From Macrostomum lignano (lineage: Eukaryota): a DNA stretch of 64,000 nt. Shown here in pieces: positions 25,260 through 38,083 of the stretch. The notes beneath the pieces were generated by a model. The model did no database searches and was not told the origin of the DNA. It saw only the letters and a list, made by a program, of their open reading frames with translations. Within the stretch, counting starts at the first letter, position 1. The number at the start of each line of letters is the position of its first letter. The DNA is taken from contig NIVC01000422.1 in assembly GCA_002269645.1 (NCBI GenBank), positions 310,001 through 374,000 of the forward strand, read 5' to 3'. The position numbers were made by a program, and so were the translations under genes.

Positions 25260-28200
25260 ATGGATTTGGACAGAAAGAAAACTCTTGTTGCAAGCATAGT
25301 GGCCTTTTTAGAGAATGAGATTAAAGAAAATGCAGAAAAGCCTGAGTTTACAGATTTTGTTGAAGGCCTTGAGGGTGAGTATACAGAATGATTTTACCCC
25401 CACCACCCAGGAATTTACCCTCCAGAATCTGCCTTCTCCCCCCTCAAAAAATGTCTAGTTGCACTACTGGGCTCATAATGAATTCTGGGATTACAATTTT
25501 TGATTGGAAAAAAATTGGCATATACTTACATACAAAAAATTGTGGGAGATTTTAGTCCAGTGTACATTTAGGGTGTTCCAAACTATGGCTGCTTATAAAT
25601 ATCCCAGGGCTCTTAATTATTCTTTTGTTTAGCCTTACTTGTTGCCACCCATAGTCAGGAAGGTGGCAAGTGCACGCGGGAAACAATTTATGGAAAAATC
25701 CTTGGTGCACGCCAATGTACGCCAATTTTTTAAAACCCTTAACATTACATTTCTGTTACGTTAAACAAAGTTTATATAAAAAAAGGAAATTCGCTACAAA
25801 AAACATAGCACAAGTATCAAAAACTTTTTCTTCACATTTCAAGAAACAAATAAACTAAAAGTCTACAAGAGTCACAAAATAAGAGCATTTAAAAGTTAAT
25901 GGATATTTTAATTTTAATGTGGGCTATTGAGTGTAGGCCTGGCTGTAGGCTAGGCTGTAGCTTCAACTAGTTGGTTTAATCAATATTCAAATTCAATTGT
26001 TCACGTTTAACTTTATATATTGTATATATATAATATAGTGTATATATCTATATCTGACTTGTTGATATACTGTCAGTTTGTAATTGCACACCAAGGTTAT
26101 ATGCCAAGTAAAAAACTTGTACGCTGAAAATTTAGGCGTGGCTTGAGACCCCTATTTGCACGCCAACTTTGCACGCCAAAATTTTAGCGTGGCTTGTGCA
26201 CGCGGGAAAATTCCCGCGTGCAGGCCACCTTCCTGAGTATGGGTTGCCACCAAAGTTGTTGTAGAGCTATTTCTCTTTATTGATCCTACTGGTTATTAAT
26301 TGCCTTTCCACTGGTAGCACATGTACTTATATTGGTAGCATATGTATTTCTATTGACAATAGATTGTACTTTCTGGCCTGAGCGGTCTAATAGCACTGTC
26401 TATCCTATTCCTATACTCCTCTAAAGATAATATTTTCTCAGTCCTGGGCATTCCCTGGATCAGAGGGTCACAGCCTATGTACCTTTTCTGCCCTGAGGCG
26501 ATCTTTTCTTGCTATGGAGCATTTTCTCTGCCAATCTTCTCCTGCTATTCCTTAGGTCCTTTCTACTCTTAGTCAATTCTCTTGCTTTTCAGCGGTTTTC
26601 TAACAATACTCCAAATTGGGGTTCTTATGCTAAGAAATGAATAAGTCTTTAAGTCTTGCAAATAGGATTTAATAGAACTTGCAAATTGTAGTAGACAAGC
26701 CTAAGGACAGTTAGGCGAACTCTCTTGGTTGACTTTTTAGGCCAATTCTGGGCTCCTATTTATACTAGTTCCTATAGTTTCTGTAGCTGTAGCCGTAGTT
26801 TTAACAAAAAGTCTAGAAAACAAAATATTTTCAATCAAGAAGATAACCTAGTGCTTAAACAACTGCAAATTAAGTTAAAAAATAAAAGAAACACTTGATT
26901 GCCTTTGTAAGATTATATTTCATCTTTTTTCAGAGCAAGACTACTTAATTGTTACTTAAGTACTAATGCTAAACTTTCTCATAAATCACAATAATAAAAA
27001 TGAGAGTTTTCTAGTGTTTTATTATACTTTTTTAGGTATATTTTAAAATTTTCTAAGTTGATAATACTGTTTACTAAAAGTATCTTTGTTTTACTCTACC
27101 TGTTTTTAATATTTTTTCAATTTTTTAACATTAATAACTATGGCTATGGGAATCTATAGAATGTGACAACTACCATGTTTCCGTAGTCGCAGCCATAAGA
27201 GCAGCTTTAAAAAATATCGCCTTAAAAAGCCACGACCCACCTGGGGCTAGGGGGCACCGCCCACCCCACCCCCCGGCCCAACCACCTACCAGCCAATCAC
27301 GGCGCAGCTGGGGGAGAGCAGCCCAAGGGGGGGGGGCAAACAAGGCGGCCCAGCCAACCAGTGCGCAGACAACCAAAGCAGCTAAGCGGCTAACACAGCT
27401 GAGCATTTAACGCCAAAACAGAGGGACAGAGTGCCCTTTAGCAGTGCAAGCGCACTGGCACAACAACATGACAAAAAAAATACAGTATGCCGCGTGGTGG
27501 GCAGAGTGCACTTTGGCAAGGCAAGTGCACAGGCACAACATTATTTTTATTATTATATCTTAATAGTCAATCCATGCATTCCACATTGGTACGTCTACAT
27601 CCAAGGTTGACACGTGCTTTCAGAAAAGAGTATAAATTCAAATGAGTAGATTTTTTTGAAAAAGATTTTAACAAGCATTAAGTATTCTAAGCTAAGTATT
27701 CTTCTGTGCCTGCATTTGAATCCTCGCATTCCAATCTGGAATTATTTGTACTTGTGAATCCGCTTTGTTACTCTGTCTGCGACTGCTGGGTCCTCAATTC
27801 CAGGGGAAGGCTAGATAATTGTAGTGGTTGCTATGCAGGTTATTCGGGTCTTTAGATGCCAATTAAATTTTTCGTTTATTTTCTTGTATGCTTACTAAAA
27901 GTAGCATAATGCTGATAGCAGTGTAATTTTGTAAGATTTGGAAGTATGTATCTTTATGCCTTCTAAGGCAAAGAATTAAAAAACAAGGCTATGGCTTCGT
28001 TGGTCAATAGTGATTTGTTGAGTTATTGATGGGTGCCTCATTATGTTAAACCCAATAATTATCCGCCCTTCGCAGTGTCGGTACAGTGCATCCGCTCGTC
28101 ATTCGACCTAAGCTCAATCGATGTAGACGCCGTGCCCTCTCTGCCGGACACTTTCTCAGCCGGTTGTAAATCGCTAAACAAACCGGAAGTGGCCGTTAAA

Positions 28201-29498
28201 CGCGAGATTACACCGGAAGACAAAGCCGAAGCTGAACGACTCAAAGGCGAAGGTAACAAGTTTATTAGCGAGAATAAGCCTCTGGAAGCTGTTAACGCCT
28301 ACACAATGGCACTGGCTAAGGATCCCTACAATGCTGTGTACTATGGCAACCGGGCGGCCGCCTATTCTAAACTAAACGATCACGCCGCGGCTATCAGAGA
28401 CTGCGAGCGGGCCTTGCAGAACGATCCGGCTTATTCTAAAGCCTACGGTAGGATGGGATTTGCCTATGCCGCACAGAAGAATCACGCCAAAGCTGTGGAA
28501 TGCTACGAGAAGGCGCTCAGTCTGGAGCCTGATAATTCCTCTTATAAGCAGAATCTCGAGACTGCCAGGGCCGCCCTGCCCGCTGAGGTGAGTGTTATTA
28601 GACCTGTTTAAATAGTTCCCATTTTGATTGCTTGTTTACTCTGTGAGCTGTTGTCATACCACCTGAGCAATTCTTATCTCGAAAATCCACCTGAGCAATT
28701 CCCCTCTCGAAAATCCACCTGAGCAATTCTTATCTCGAAAATCCACCTGAGCAATTCCACCTGAGCAATTCCCCTCTCGAAAATCCACCTGAGCAATTCC
28801 CCTCTTGAAAATCCACCTGAGCAATTCCCCTCTTGAAAATCCACCTGAGCAATTCCCCTCTTGAAAATCCACCTGAGCAATTCCCCTCTTAAAAATCCAC
28901 CTGAGCAATTCCTTTCTTGAAAATCCATTTGAGCAATTTCCCATAAATTCCACCTAAGAATTCCCCTCTCATACCACCTGTGCACCTGAGCAATTCCCCT
29001 CCCAAAATTTCACAGGCTGGAGCAGCAGCCGGATTCCCCGGCTTCCCCGGAGCCGGAGGCCGAGGCGGCGCCGGCGGTCTGGACCTGATGTCGCTGCTAA
29101 ACAATCCCCAGATGATGCAGATGGCCTCGCAGATGATGCAGTCGCCGCAGGTGCAACAGATGGTTGCCAGCATGATGGGCGGCGGACCAGGCGGACCGTT
29201 TAGCGGCGCCGCTGCTGGAGAGCCGTCCAATGACGTCCAAAGCGGCGGGCCAGGAGGCGAGGATCCGCCAGCTTCTTTGACGAACAACCAGCAGCAGGAG
29301 ACGCCTCCCGGCCAGCCAAACATGCAAGACCTGCTCCGGATGGGGCAGCAGTTTGCCAGCCAGATGCAGGCGGCTAATCCTGATCTGGTTGAATCGCTTC
29401 GCCAGGAATTCCAGCAGGGCGGCGGAGTCAGCGGAGACCCCGGCGGCCCCGAGCAGCCGCCATCGTCCGATCAAGGGGAAGACAGATCGGGCAACTGA
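25260..29498 (+). CDS. SGTA: Small glutamine-rich TPR co-chaperone, 3 exons: 25260-25374, 28076-28587, 29016-29498 (369 aa)
   Basis: N-terminal dimerisation motif (KKTLVASIVAFL...VSVQCIRSSF), three TPRs (AERLKGEGN...YYGNRAAAY...KAYGRMG), M/Q-rich C-terminus (GQQFASQMQAANPDLVESLR). GT-AG introns are in phase. Confidence 0.95.
25649..26242. mobile_element. 594-bp MITE in SGTA intron 1, with ~35-bp TIRs and a perfect 8-bp TSD GTTGCCAC (hAT- or P-type)
   Basis: ccatagtcaggaaggtggc...tgcacgcgggaa versus ttcccgcgtgca..gccaccttcctgagtatgg. GTTGCCAC at 25641-25648 and 26243-26250. Confidence 0.92.
28660..29000. repeat. 28-bp minisatellite (gaaaatccacctgagcaattcccctctc) filling SGTA intron 2
   Basis: Period 28 (28681, 28709). 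Confidence 0.95.
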
Positions 29499-29779
29499 TT
29501 CACCACCAATAATGATAATAACAGTTGTGTCTCTCTTAGCAGCGAAAGTCATTTCTGTCATTTTGGTTTTGACACTGATGAACTCTAGCCATCGGTTCTT
29601 TTGTTAGTTCAATTTAGTACTCTATATTTGTTTGGCTGGATGTTTTGATTAAATTGTCTCAGTAAATCGCTTTCCTATCAAGGGTTATGGTCAATTTCAA
29701 GTAAATGGTACTTAAATAAGTTCTTTAGTGCGATCTTAGGGTTTTCTGAGTTCTTATTGAAAGATTTGAGAGGTTAATG

Positions 29780-30290
29780 GACGCTTACTGAATGATCCGA
29801 TTGTTTGATGGGCGCTTACTGAATGATCCGATTGTTTGATGGGCGCTTACTGAATGATCCGATTTTTTTATGGGCGCTTACTAAAGGATCCAATGGTTTT
29901 ATAGGCGCTTACTGAAGAATCCGATGGTTTAATAAGCGCTTACTGAAGGATCCGATGGTTTAATAAGCGCTTACTGAATGATCGGATGGTTTAATAAGCG
30001 CTTACTGAATGATCCGATGGTTTAATAAGCGCTTACTGAATGATCCGATGGTTTTATGGGCGCTTACTGAAGGATCCAATGGTTTAATGAGCGCTTACTG
30101 AATGATCCGATGGTTTGATATGCGCTTACTGAATGATCCGATGGTTTTATGGGCGCTTACTGAAGGATCCAATGGTTTAATGAGCGCTTACTGAATGATC
30201 CGATGGTTTGATATGCGCTTACTGAATGATCCGATGGTTTGATATGCGCTTACTGAATGATCCGATGGTTTGATGGCGCTTACTGACCAT
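29780..30290. repeat. 31-bp minisatellite (gcgcttactgaatgatccgatggtttgatgg) between SGTA and ARFRP1
   Basis: Period 31, about 16 copies. Confidence 0.95.
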
Positions 30291-30811
30291 TTTAAGGATT
30301 TTAGTGGCACCTAGTGAATGATCTGAGAGTTTCAGTAACGATACTCTTCTGAAGCAGGTTTCGCCCAGTCGTAACTGAAGACTAACATGTTATTTGTATT
30401 TAACAGAATTTAAAATGTCGAAATTTTTCGATAAAAACTATAAACTCTTATTCGACTGCAATCTTAAATACCTTTCTGCTTAAGCTTTTCTCGATTTGTT
30501 TTATTCCGGTGTTCAAGTTTCATCGATTTGTTCTGTTTTTTTTTCTAGAGGGCCTAACAGTTTTAATAGTTGTAATATTGACTAATAATTGCTCTAATCA
30601 TTAATATGTTGTTTTTTGAAGTAAAAATAACTATCATATCTTTACTGATTCGTGTTGGATTAATAAATGTTGCAACCAGCGTAGCTATGGGGGTAGATAT
30701 GTGTCTTGTCTTCTTCAATTATTTCGTTACTTTGCTTAATAACTTGGAATTTCTGCCATTTAAAACATCGAACTGGCATTAAAAAGTTTCAAAATAACAT
30801 CATTTCCAGTC

Positions 30812-32036
30812 ATGTACACCCTATTGAGCGGTCTGTATCGCTATTACACCCAGAAGGAGAAGTATAGCGCTCTCATTCTTGGCCTCGACAATGCCGGTAA
30901 AACGGTAAGGGTTATTTTTTATTGCCTTTATTTTCTATTTTCTACGCAATTTATTCGCATTTATTCTACTACAAGTAGGCTAATTATGACATTAACACAT
31001 TGCAGACTTATCTGGAGCAAATAAAGACCCGATTTAAAAAGGATTACACCGGCCTTAATCTGAATAAAATTACTACAACTGTTGGCCTTAACAGTATGTA
31101 TAAATAAATATTGTTATCCGCTTAAAAGCTTGCATTTCTACTTTCAGTAGCAAACTGACAATATTTTGTGTTTTTTTAGTCGGCGATATTCAAATAGCCG
31201 GCGTAGAATTGAATTTCTGGGATCTCGGCGGCCAACAGGAGCTGCAATCGCTGTGGGATAAATACTATGCAGAGTCGCACGCTGTCATCTTTGTGATTGA
31301 CAGTTCGGACAGGGAGCGTATGGAGGAGTCTAAGCAGGCTCTCGGTGAGCAGCTAAATACCATTTATAACTGCTGGGCCTTCCAGATCCTCAGTTGCTGG
31401 GCCACCAGCCTCCTAGATCCTCATGTGCTGGGCCAGCCTCCCAAATCCTCAGTTGCTGGACCACCAGCCTCCCAGATCCTCATGTGCTGGGCCAGCCTCC
31501 CAAATCCTCAGTTGCTGGACCACCAGCCTCCCAGATCCTCATGTGCTGGGCCAGCCTCCCAAATCCTCAGTTGCTAAGCCACCAGCCTCCGAAATCCTCA
31601 GTTGCTGGGCCAGCCTCCCAAATCCTCAGTTGCTGGGCCACCAGCCTCCTAAATCCTCAGTTGCTGGGCCAGCCTCCCAAATCCTCAGTTGCTGGGCCAC
31701 CAGCCTCCAAGCTCCTCACTTGCTGGGATGTCACCTAACCCTTTTCCATATGCGTTCTCCGTTCCCCCGCTTGCAGAGAAAGTGGTATCAAGCGACGCCC
31801 TTGCCGGGGTGCCCCTGCTGCTGCTGGCCAACAAGCAGGATCTGGAAGGCTGTCTCACTGCCGAAGAAGTAAAGGAGATTTTTTCAACAGTGTCGCCCAG
31901 CGTGGGTCAACGGGACTGCCTGTTCAGAGGCGTGTCGGCGCTGAAAGGCACTGGCGTTGATCAGGGGATTCACTGGCTGGTGGAGCGAGTTAAACGACTG
32001 GCGGATAGAAGGCCGCCGGCATTTGGAAATGATTGA
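30812..32036 (+). CDS. ARFRP1: ADP-ribosylation factor-related protein 1, 4 exons: 30812-30904, 31006-31093, 31180-31344, 31777-32036 (201 aa)
   Basis: MYTLLSGLY N-terminus characteristic of ARFRP1, GLDNAGKT P-loop, TTTVGLN switch I, WDLGGQ, NKQD and SALKG motifs. All introns are GT-AG and in phase. Confidence 0.97.
31375..31710. repeat. 28/32-bp minisatellite (cctcagttgctgggcc(acc)agcctcccagat) filling ARFRP1 intron 3
   Basis: Direct reading. Same family as 63010-63535. Confidence 0.95.
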
Positions 32037-32900
32037 TTGATTGATTGGAAATGATTTTGTTATAACAGATCATCAATGTTATTGCGCGGTATCGGCTTTT
32101 GACTATGTAATACAAAACAATTTATCGGTTTAACACACTTGTTTTACGCTCAGAGTTGCGTTGATGTCTTTCAGAATTCAAAACGATTAATTTGTGTCTA
32201 TGCTTGCTTTGTAAATGTAGATTTCCATATTTATATCGGTATTGGACTATTTATTTTTAACTCAATTACATCCAGTGTACTTTGTTGTTAAGATACACCT
32301 CTTGATACCAATCTGTGTAACCAACTGCACTAATATGGGTTTTTTATTTCAAGGGACTTGTCAATTACAAAGTACTTCTATACAGGTATCTGTGTAATCT
32401 AAATCTTTGTAGAGTTAGATGGGGTTCAATGATTTTTTATTCATTGTAACAATTGTTGGTTAAAGCAAGATTTAAATAAAGAAGAAAGAATAGCACTCGC
32501 TTGTGACTGAGTATGTTACGTATAATATTTGTTGTACAGTGCAAAACACCAGATAAAAACAGTGAAAGCATATCTTTTTACTTCTTTGTTTGTGTGTATA
32601 GGCCCCATAGGTACTGAATGTGTTAATTGAATTGAAATGTGTTACTGGCTAAGAACTCTATTAACGCTAACTGTAAGCTCTGTGAAAAAATCAATAATTT
32701 TAAAACGACACTGTAACTCTTATTCATTGACTAACTATTATTATCAACTTTGTTGACGAGCAGACAGCGGGGGGGGGGTATCTGTCAGCAACTGAGCAAC
32801 GGGTGGTCGCTGTAACTGCACTACAAATTCTTGCGGCCAAATAAGCGTCTTCTTAACTTTACCCTTTATCGTCCGTCCGATTTAACTCTGCAAGGCAGTA

Positions 32901-35900
32901 ATGCCGGCAAAAAAATACACTTTGCAGCATCCGAAACATCTGGATGATCAGTCGGCGGCTGCTGTAGCCGACGCTGTAGCCGCCGCAGCTGACGGCCCTT
33001 GGCCTGGCCAGCTGCTCGGTCGAGCCGGTCTTTGGCAGCTCGAGATTCGACAATCGGATTCCTGTTTTCGTTTCGATCGTCGTTCTCAAACAACTGGCGA
33101 GTTGGAGAGTGGAAGTGCTTCATCAGCTGTAGTTGTCCGCTTCTCCGATGTGTCTGGCGTAGATTTGATGAGCGGCAGCGGCTACAGACAGCATCGCTAC
33201 CTGTGCATTTGTCGCTACACCCGACGTAAACGATTCAGATCGATCTCTGCCGTATTCTCCGCTAAAGCATCAACCGAGGATTCCTCCACCGCGGGTAAAG
33301 TTGGATCGCGACGTCGCAGCGTCCTGCTATTCCAGTTGAGTCGGATTGTGGGAGACGGTCACAGTGCGAGCTCTGCGGAGATCAATTTGGCTGTGCTGCG
33401 CTCTGTCCAACAAGTAATTACTGCATTTTAACATGCCAAATAATCCTTACCTAGGGTGGTGTATGTGGCGCAAAAGAACCTGTCGTGAAGGCGTCTCAAC
33501 GGTGTCAATGGTATACCGTTGTCTTTAAGAAAGCTTTGTGGCGGCCAGACTACGCGACCGGCAGCACCAGTGCAGCCGCACTGGAAACCCCCCCGCCTCT
33601 GTCTAGCTGAGGTGGGGTGGGTGCGCGCCAAGCTAGCCGGCTCGCTAAGCCAGGGGGGTTGGCGTAGCCAATCACGCCACGCCACATGTGCGCACCTCCC
33701 TCGGCCCCTCAATAATCTCGCGCTGTTTTCACTTGTATAAATATACGCGCAATGCAGTGCAACATCTTCGCTGGCATTCCATCTATTGAAACTATAAGGC
33801 CTTCCGCCTCAGCTTCCAAATTAGTCCATGGTGCACTGTTGCTTCAAATTTACATTAGAGGTCTCCAAAGCGCTTCTCGATGCACCAATGCACCAATTAA
33901 AATTTTCTAGTTTGCTTCTTGCATATAACGATCTTAATGACTCTTACTTTTGATGTCTGATGCATATTTTGATGTATCGCTCAAGGCTCAGCGACAGCGT
34001 CCTAAAGGCTTGCGTACGGCTGTTCAGTCAAAAAGAGCTGGGGGGTCGCCACATCATCCTTAATCATCCTAGCTAATGCTGGTATCCATTTAGCTGCTGA
34101 TTTAAGTGTCTTACTCAAGGACATAAATTCTTCCAAGAGGATTAAGAATCGAACCCCCAACCTTTCAGTCTCGTGAGTCCGACGCTCTAACCACTAGGCT
34201 ACAGACCCCTCTGTCTGGGAAAATGTAGTCCAACTAAACTTGTCTTAAAATTGCCCTTCAGATGTCGTCTTATTTGCCAAATATCCAAGAGGGATATAAG
34301 TTTATGTACGGGCTTGATTGAGTGGCGCAAGTACATGTATCAGTAATTCTGTACAAAGTTTCAACCAATCGCTGCTTTTCCCGCAGACTTGCCAACAAGC
34401 TTTGCGTGGCAGCCTGTGCAGCCCAGATTCGGATTTGATTAACTGGTCTAAACCGGTTCTAGCTCTGGCTAATCCGGTCAGCGGCAGGGGTCGCGCTGTG
34501 CCTTTATTTCGCTCGGTGACAATGACTGTGCTGCAGGAGGCTGACATTGCCTACAGACTGGTCGAGACTGAGTACTCTGGGTATGCCAGGTAGGTGATCG
34601 AGGTTGTTGGATAAGGCACGTGGGTGATTGGGTGGTTGAATCAGACAGGTGGGTGATTGGGGTGGTTGGATCAGACAGGTGGGTGATTATGGTGGTTGGA
34701 TCAGACAGGTGGGTGATGAGGTGGTTCAATCAGACAGGTGGGTGATGAGGTGGTTCAATCAGACAGGTGGGTGATGGGGTGGTTCAATCAGACAGTGGGT
34801 GATGGGGTGGTTGACTCACGCAGGTGGGTGATTGGGGTGGTTGGATCAGACAGGTGGGTGGTTGAATCAGACAGGTGGGTGATGGGGTGGTTGGATCAGA
34901 CAGGTGGGTGATTGGGTTGTTCAATCAGGGAGGTTGGTGATTCTTGTGGTTGAATCAGACAGGTGGGTGATTGGGATGGTTGGATCAGACAGGTGGGTGA
35001 TTGGGGTTGTTGGATCAGACAGGTGGGTGATGGGGTGGTTGGATCAGACAGGTGGGTGATTGGGGTGGTTGGATCAGACAGGTGGGTGATTGGGATGGTT
35101 GGATCAGACAGGTGGGTGATTGGGGTTGTTGGATCAGACAGGTGGGTGATGGGGTGGTTGGATCAGACAGGTGGGTGATTGGGGTGGTTGGATCAGACAG
35201 GTGGGTGATTGGGGTGATTGGATCAGACAGGTGGGTGATTGGGGTGGTTGGATCAGACAGGTGGGTGATTGGGGTGGTTGGATCAGACAGGCGGGTGAAT
35301 TGGGGTGGTTGGATCAGACAGGTGGGTGAATTGGGGTGGTTGGATCAGACAGGTTGGTGATTGGGGTGGTTGGATCAGACAGGCGGGTGAATTGGGGTGG
35401 TTGGATCAGACGGGTGGGTGAATTGGGGTGGTTGGATCAGACAGGTGGGTGATAGGGTGGTTGACTCAGACAGGTGGGTGATGAGGTAAATATGCCAGCC
35501 AGTTGATTATTAAGGTACAGTGTTACAATTGAAGCTCTCAATGAAATACTTACTGATGGACTTAACTTTTTTCGTAGAGTTTTCCTCTCTTCCCCTCATC
35601 GCAGGTCCCTTATCCGCGAAGATCCCAGTCTGATGGCTTACGGAGCCATCGTGGCAGTCGGTGGGGACGGTCTGGTTCACGAGATGCTCAACGGGCTGGT
35701 GGATAGATTCTTTGACAGTGGCAACGACGCTGGAGGCCTGGCTGATGCTCTGCGGCGGATGCCTCTGGCCTGTCTGCCTGCTGGAAGCGGCAACGGATTG
35801 GGGGCTTCGCTAGCGTTTGCTAATGGAGACAAGTGAGAAATGAGTAGCTCTGATTGGATGTTGATGTGGCGCGAGAGTCAGGCGCGTCTACCGCTGAGCT

Positions 35901-38083
35901 GCTCTGCCCTTGATATGGATTAACAGATGTGTGCTAGGTGTGACCCGGACAAGGTAGGTATGCCTGATAGTAGATAGCACTATGGATTTCACTAAGTCGC
36001 CATCACAGAAGATTCCGTCTGTGGTCGCCACTTATGAGAGTGCAGGTAAAGTCTGTCTCAATCTTTGCGAGTGACGCAACTCAGCTACGCCGCGGTAGAC
36101 TTGGGTTGAGCAATGAAGTCGGGGGGGGGGGCGGTGTGCGAAGGTTGGACGGAGTAAAACTACCCGGATCAGTTTTCTTGTATCTTTTATTTCAGAATAA
36201 TGTTGCTGATTAATCTCCACCTCTCCAGTCAGACAAGCTAAACAATCTTTTAATATTAACGTCTCAAGCAGCAGCCGATCCATCATACTTTTTTCTCCTA
36301 GACTGAACTCATCGTCGGAGAACTTCTTAACCACGTGCACATTCAACCTGACAAGATCGTCGCCAAGGCCACTAGACCTCGCCTACGTGGAATTGCTGTC
36401 CAGCGGCGCCAATCGTCAGATCGTATCGTTTCTCAGCCCGATAAACTACGGCTTCCTCGCGCGAATAGATTTCGAGAGCGAGCGCTGGCGCGGCTGTCTA
36501 GGCGGGGCCAGGTTCGCGGCCGATTTCGTCTCTAGGCTGGCGTCGCCTCGTTCACTGCCGAGTTGCCGGGCGAGGCTGGCCTATCTGCCTGCCGAGGCGG
36601 CCGCTGCCGGGGCTGAGTTCTGTAGAAACGGTTAGTGCTGTTCGTGTGCCTATTGTATCATTAATTTAGTCGTTGTTCATAAATTTTTTTGAGCGGTTGT
36701 GATCAGAATTGTCTCTAGATGCTTTGAGAATGACCTCTAGATGCTTTAAGACTCACCATTGGACGCTTTGAACATTGGCTTTAGCTACAAAAAAAATCGC
36801 CTCTAGATGCATATAGAATCGCCTTTAGATGCATAGATAATGATGTCTAGATGCATCGAGAATGGCCTCTAGATGTATCGATAATGGCCTCTAGATGCAT
36901 CGAGAATGGCCTCTAGATGCATCGAGAATGGCCTCTAGATGTATCGAGAATGGCCTCTAGATGTATCGAGAATGGCCTCTAGATGTATCGAGAATGGCCT
37001 CTAGATGTATCGAGAATGGCCTCTAGATGCTTAGAAAATTGCCTCTAGATGCATTGAGAATCGCCTTTAGATGCATAGATAATGACGTCTAGATGCATCG
37101 AGAATGGCCTCTAGATGTATAGAGAATGAGCTCTAGATGCTTAGAAAATTGCCTCTAGATGCATTGAGAATCGCCTCTTGATGCATTGAAAATGACCTCT
37201 AGATGCTTTGAGACTCGCCTTCTAGATGCTTAAAGAATGGCCTCTAGATGCATTGAGAATCACCTCTAGATGCATTGAGAATCGCCTGTAGATGCATTGA
37301 GAATCACCTCTAGATGCTTTGAGCATCACATCTAGATGCATCGAGAATCGCCTCTAGATGCATCGAGAATCGCCTCTAGATGCTTAGAGAATCGCCTCTA
37401 GATGCTTAGAGAATCGTCTCTTGGTGCATTGAGAATCGTCTCTAGATGCATTGAGAATCGCCTCTAGATGCTTAGAGAATCGCCTCTAGATGTTTAGAGA
37501 ATCGTCTCTTGGTGCATTGAGAATCGTCTCTAGATGCACAAAGAATCGCCTCTAAATGCATAGAGAACCTTCATTTAAACCATAGGAAGTGTCACCTATA
37601 TTCAATTGTCTTTCAGCCTCAAGCGCCAGCACCAGCGGACGCAGAAGCAGCGGCCTTCGCAGCCTCTGTCGTTACCTGCCAACCGGAGAGGGCGCCGATC
37701 ACAACCAGTGGCCAGAGACAGCCGCAGCCTCTGCTGCCGGTTGGGTAGCTCTAGAGACCGACTTTCTATTTATCATGATAGCATCCCAGTCGCACATGGC
37801 TACCGATATGTACTATGCGCCAGGGTGCAACTTAAACGACGGTCAACTATATGTCACCTGGGTAGAGACCGGGGTATCCAGAACCGATCTGGCTAGAATG
37901 TTTCTCAACCTGGAGGCCGGTGAGCACGTCAAGTGTGACAATTTCCGTCTCGCTACTGCTGTGGCATTCCGGCTGGAGCCGCTTACTCAGGACTGGATGG
38001 GCGTAGACGGGGAACCGGTTGACTGCGGCGTTGTGCAGGGCGAAATTCTGCCCGGATTGGGCTGCGTTTTGGCGCCGTGCTGA
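32901..38083 (+). CDS. SPHK: Sphingosine kinase, 5 exons: 32901-33413, 34387-34589, 35605-35832, 36302-36630, 37617-38083 (579 aa)
   Basis: DAGKc motifs NPVSGRG, GGDGLVHEMLNGL, LPAGSGNGL, PLDL, IDFESERWR, and C-terminal AFRLEP / VDGE. Intron phases 0,2,2,1 are consistent. Confidence 0.93.
33970..34208 (-). mobile_element. tRNA-derived SINE in SPHK intron 1
   Basis: Minus strand gggtctgtagcctagtggttagagcgtcggactc...gggggttcgattc has A and B boxes. It is followed by gtccttgagtaagacactt, a conserved-core-like SINE segment. The 3' boundary is uncertain. Confidence 0.7.
34620..35482. repeat. 29-30-bp G-rich minisatellite (ggatcagacaggtgggtgattggggtggtt) filling SPHK intron 2
   Basis: Direct reading, about 28 copies. 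Confidence 0.96.
36790..37560. repeat. 22-bp minisatellite (cctctagatgcatcgagaatgg) filling SPHK intron 4
   Basis: Direct reading. Confidence 0.96.

Noticed and set aside
29780-30290. Hammerhead ribozyme array, suggested by ctgaatga/ctgaagga in the unit
   Set aside because: Does not match the CUGANGA core consistently, and has no GAAA partner or flanking stems.
33428-33760. GC-rich segment with a ccaatca motif in SPHK intron 1, and a similar one at 27180-27420, as genes or promoters
   Set aside because: No coherent ORF or splice sites. Probably ends of an unclassified repeat, and I could not define a TIR or TSD.
34140-34208. Functional tRNA gene
   Set aside because: A and B boxes are present but the anticodon and acceptor stems do not pair, and it continues into a SINE-like body.
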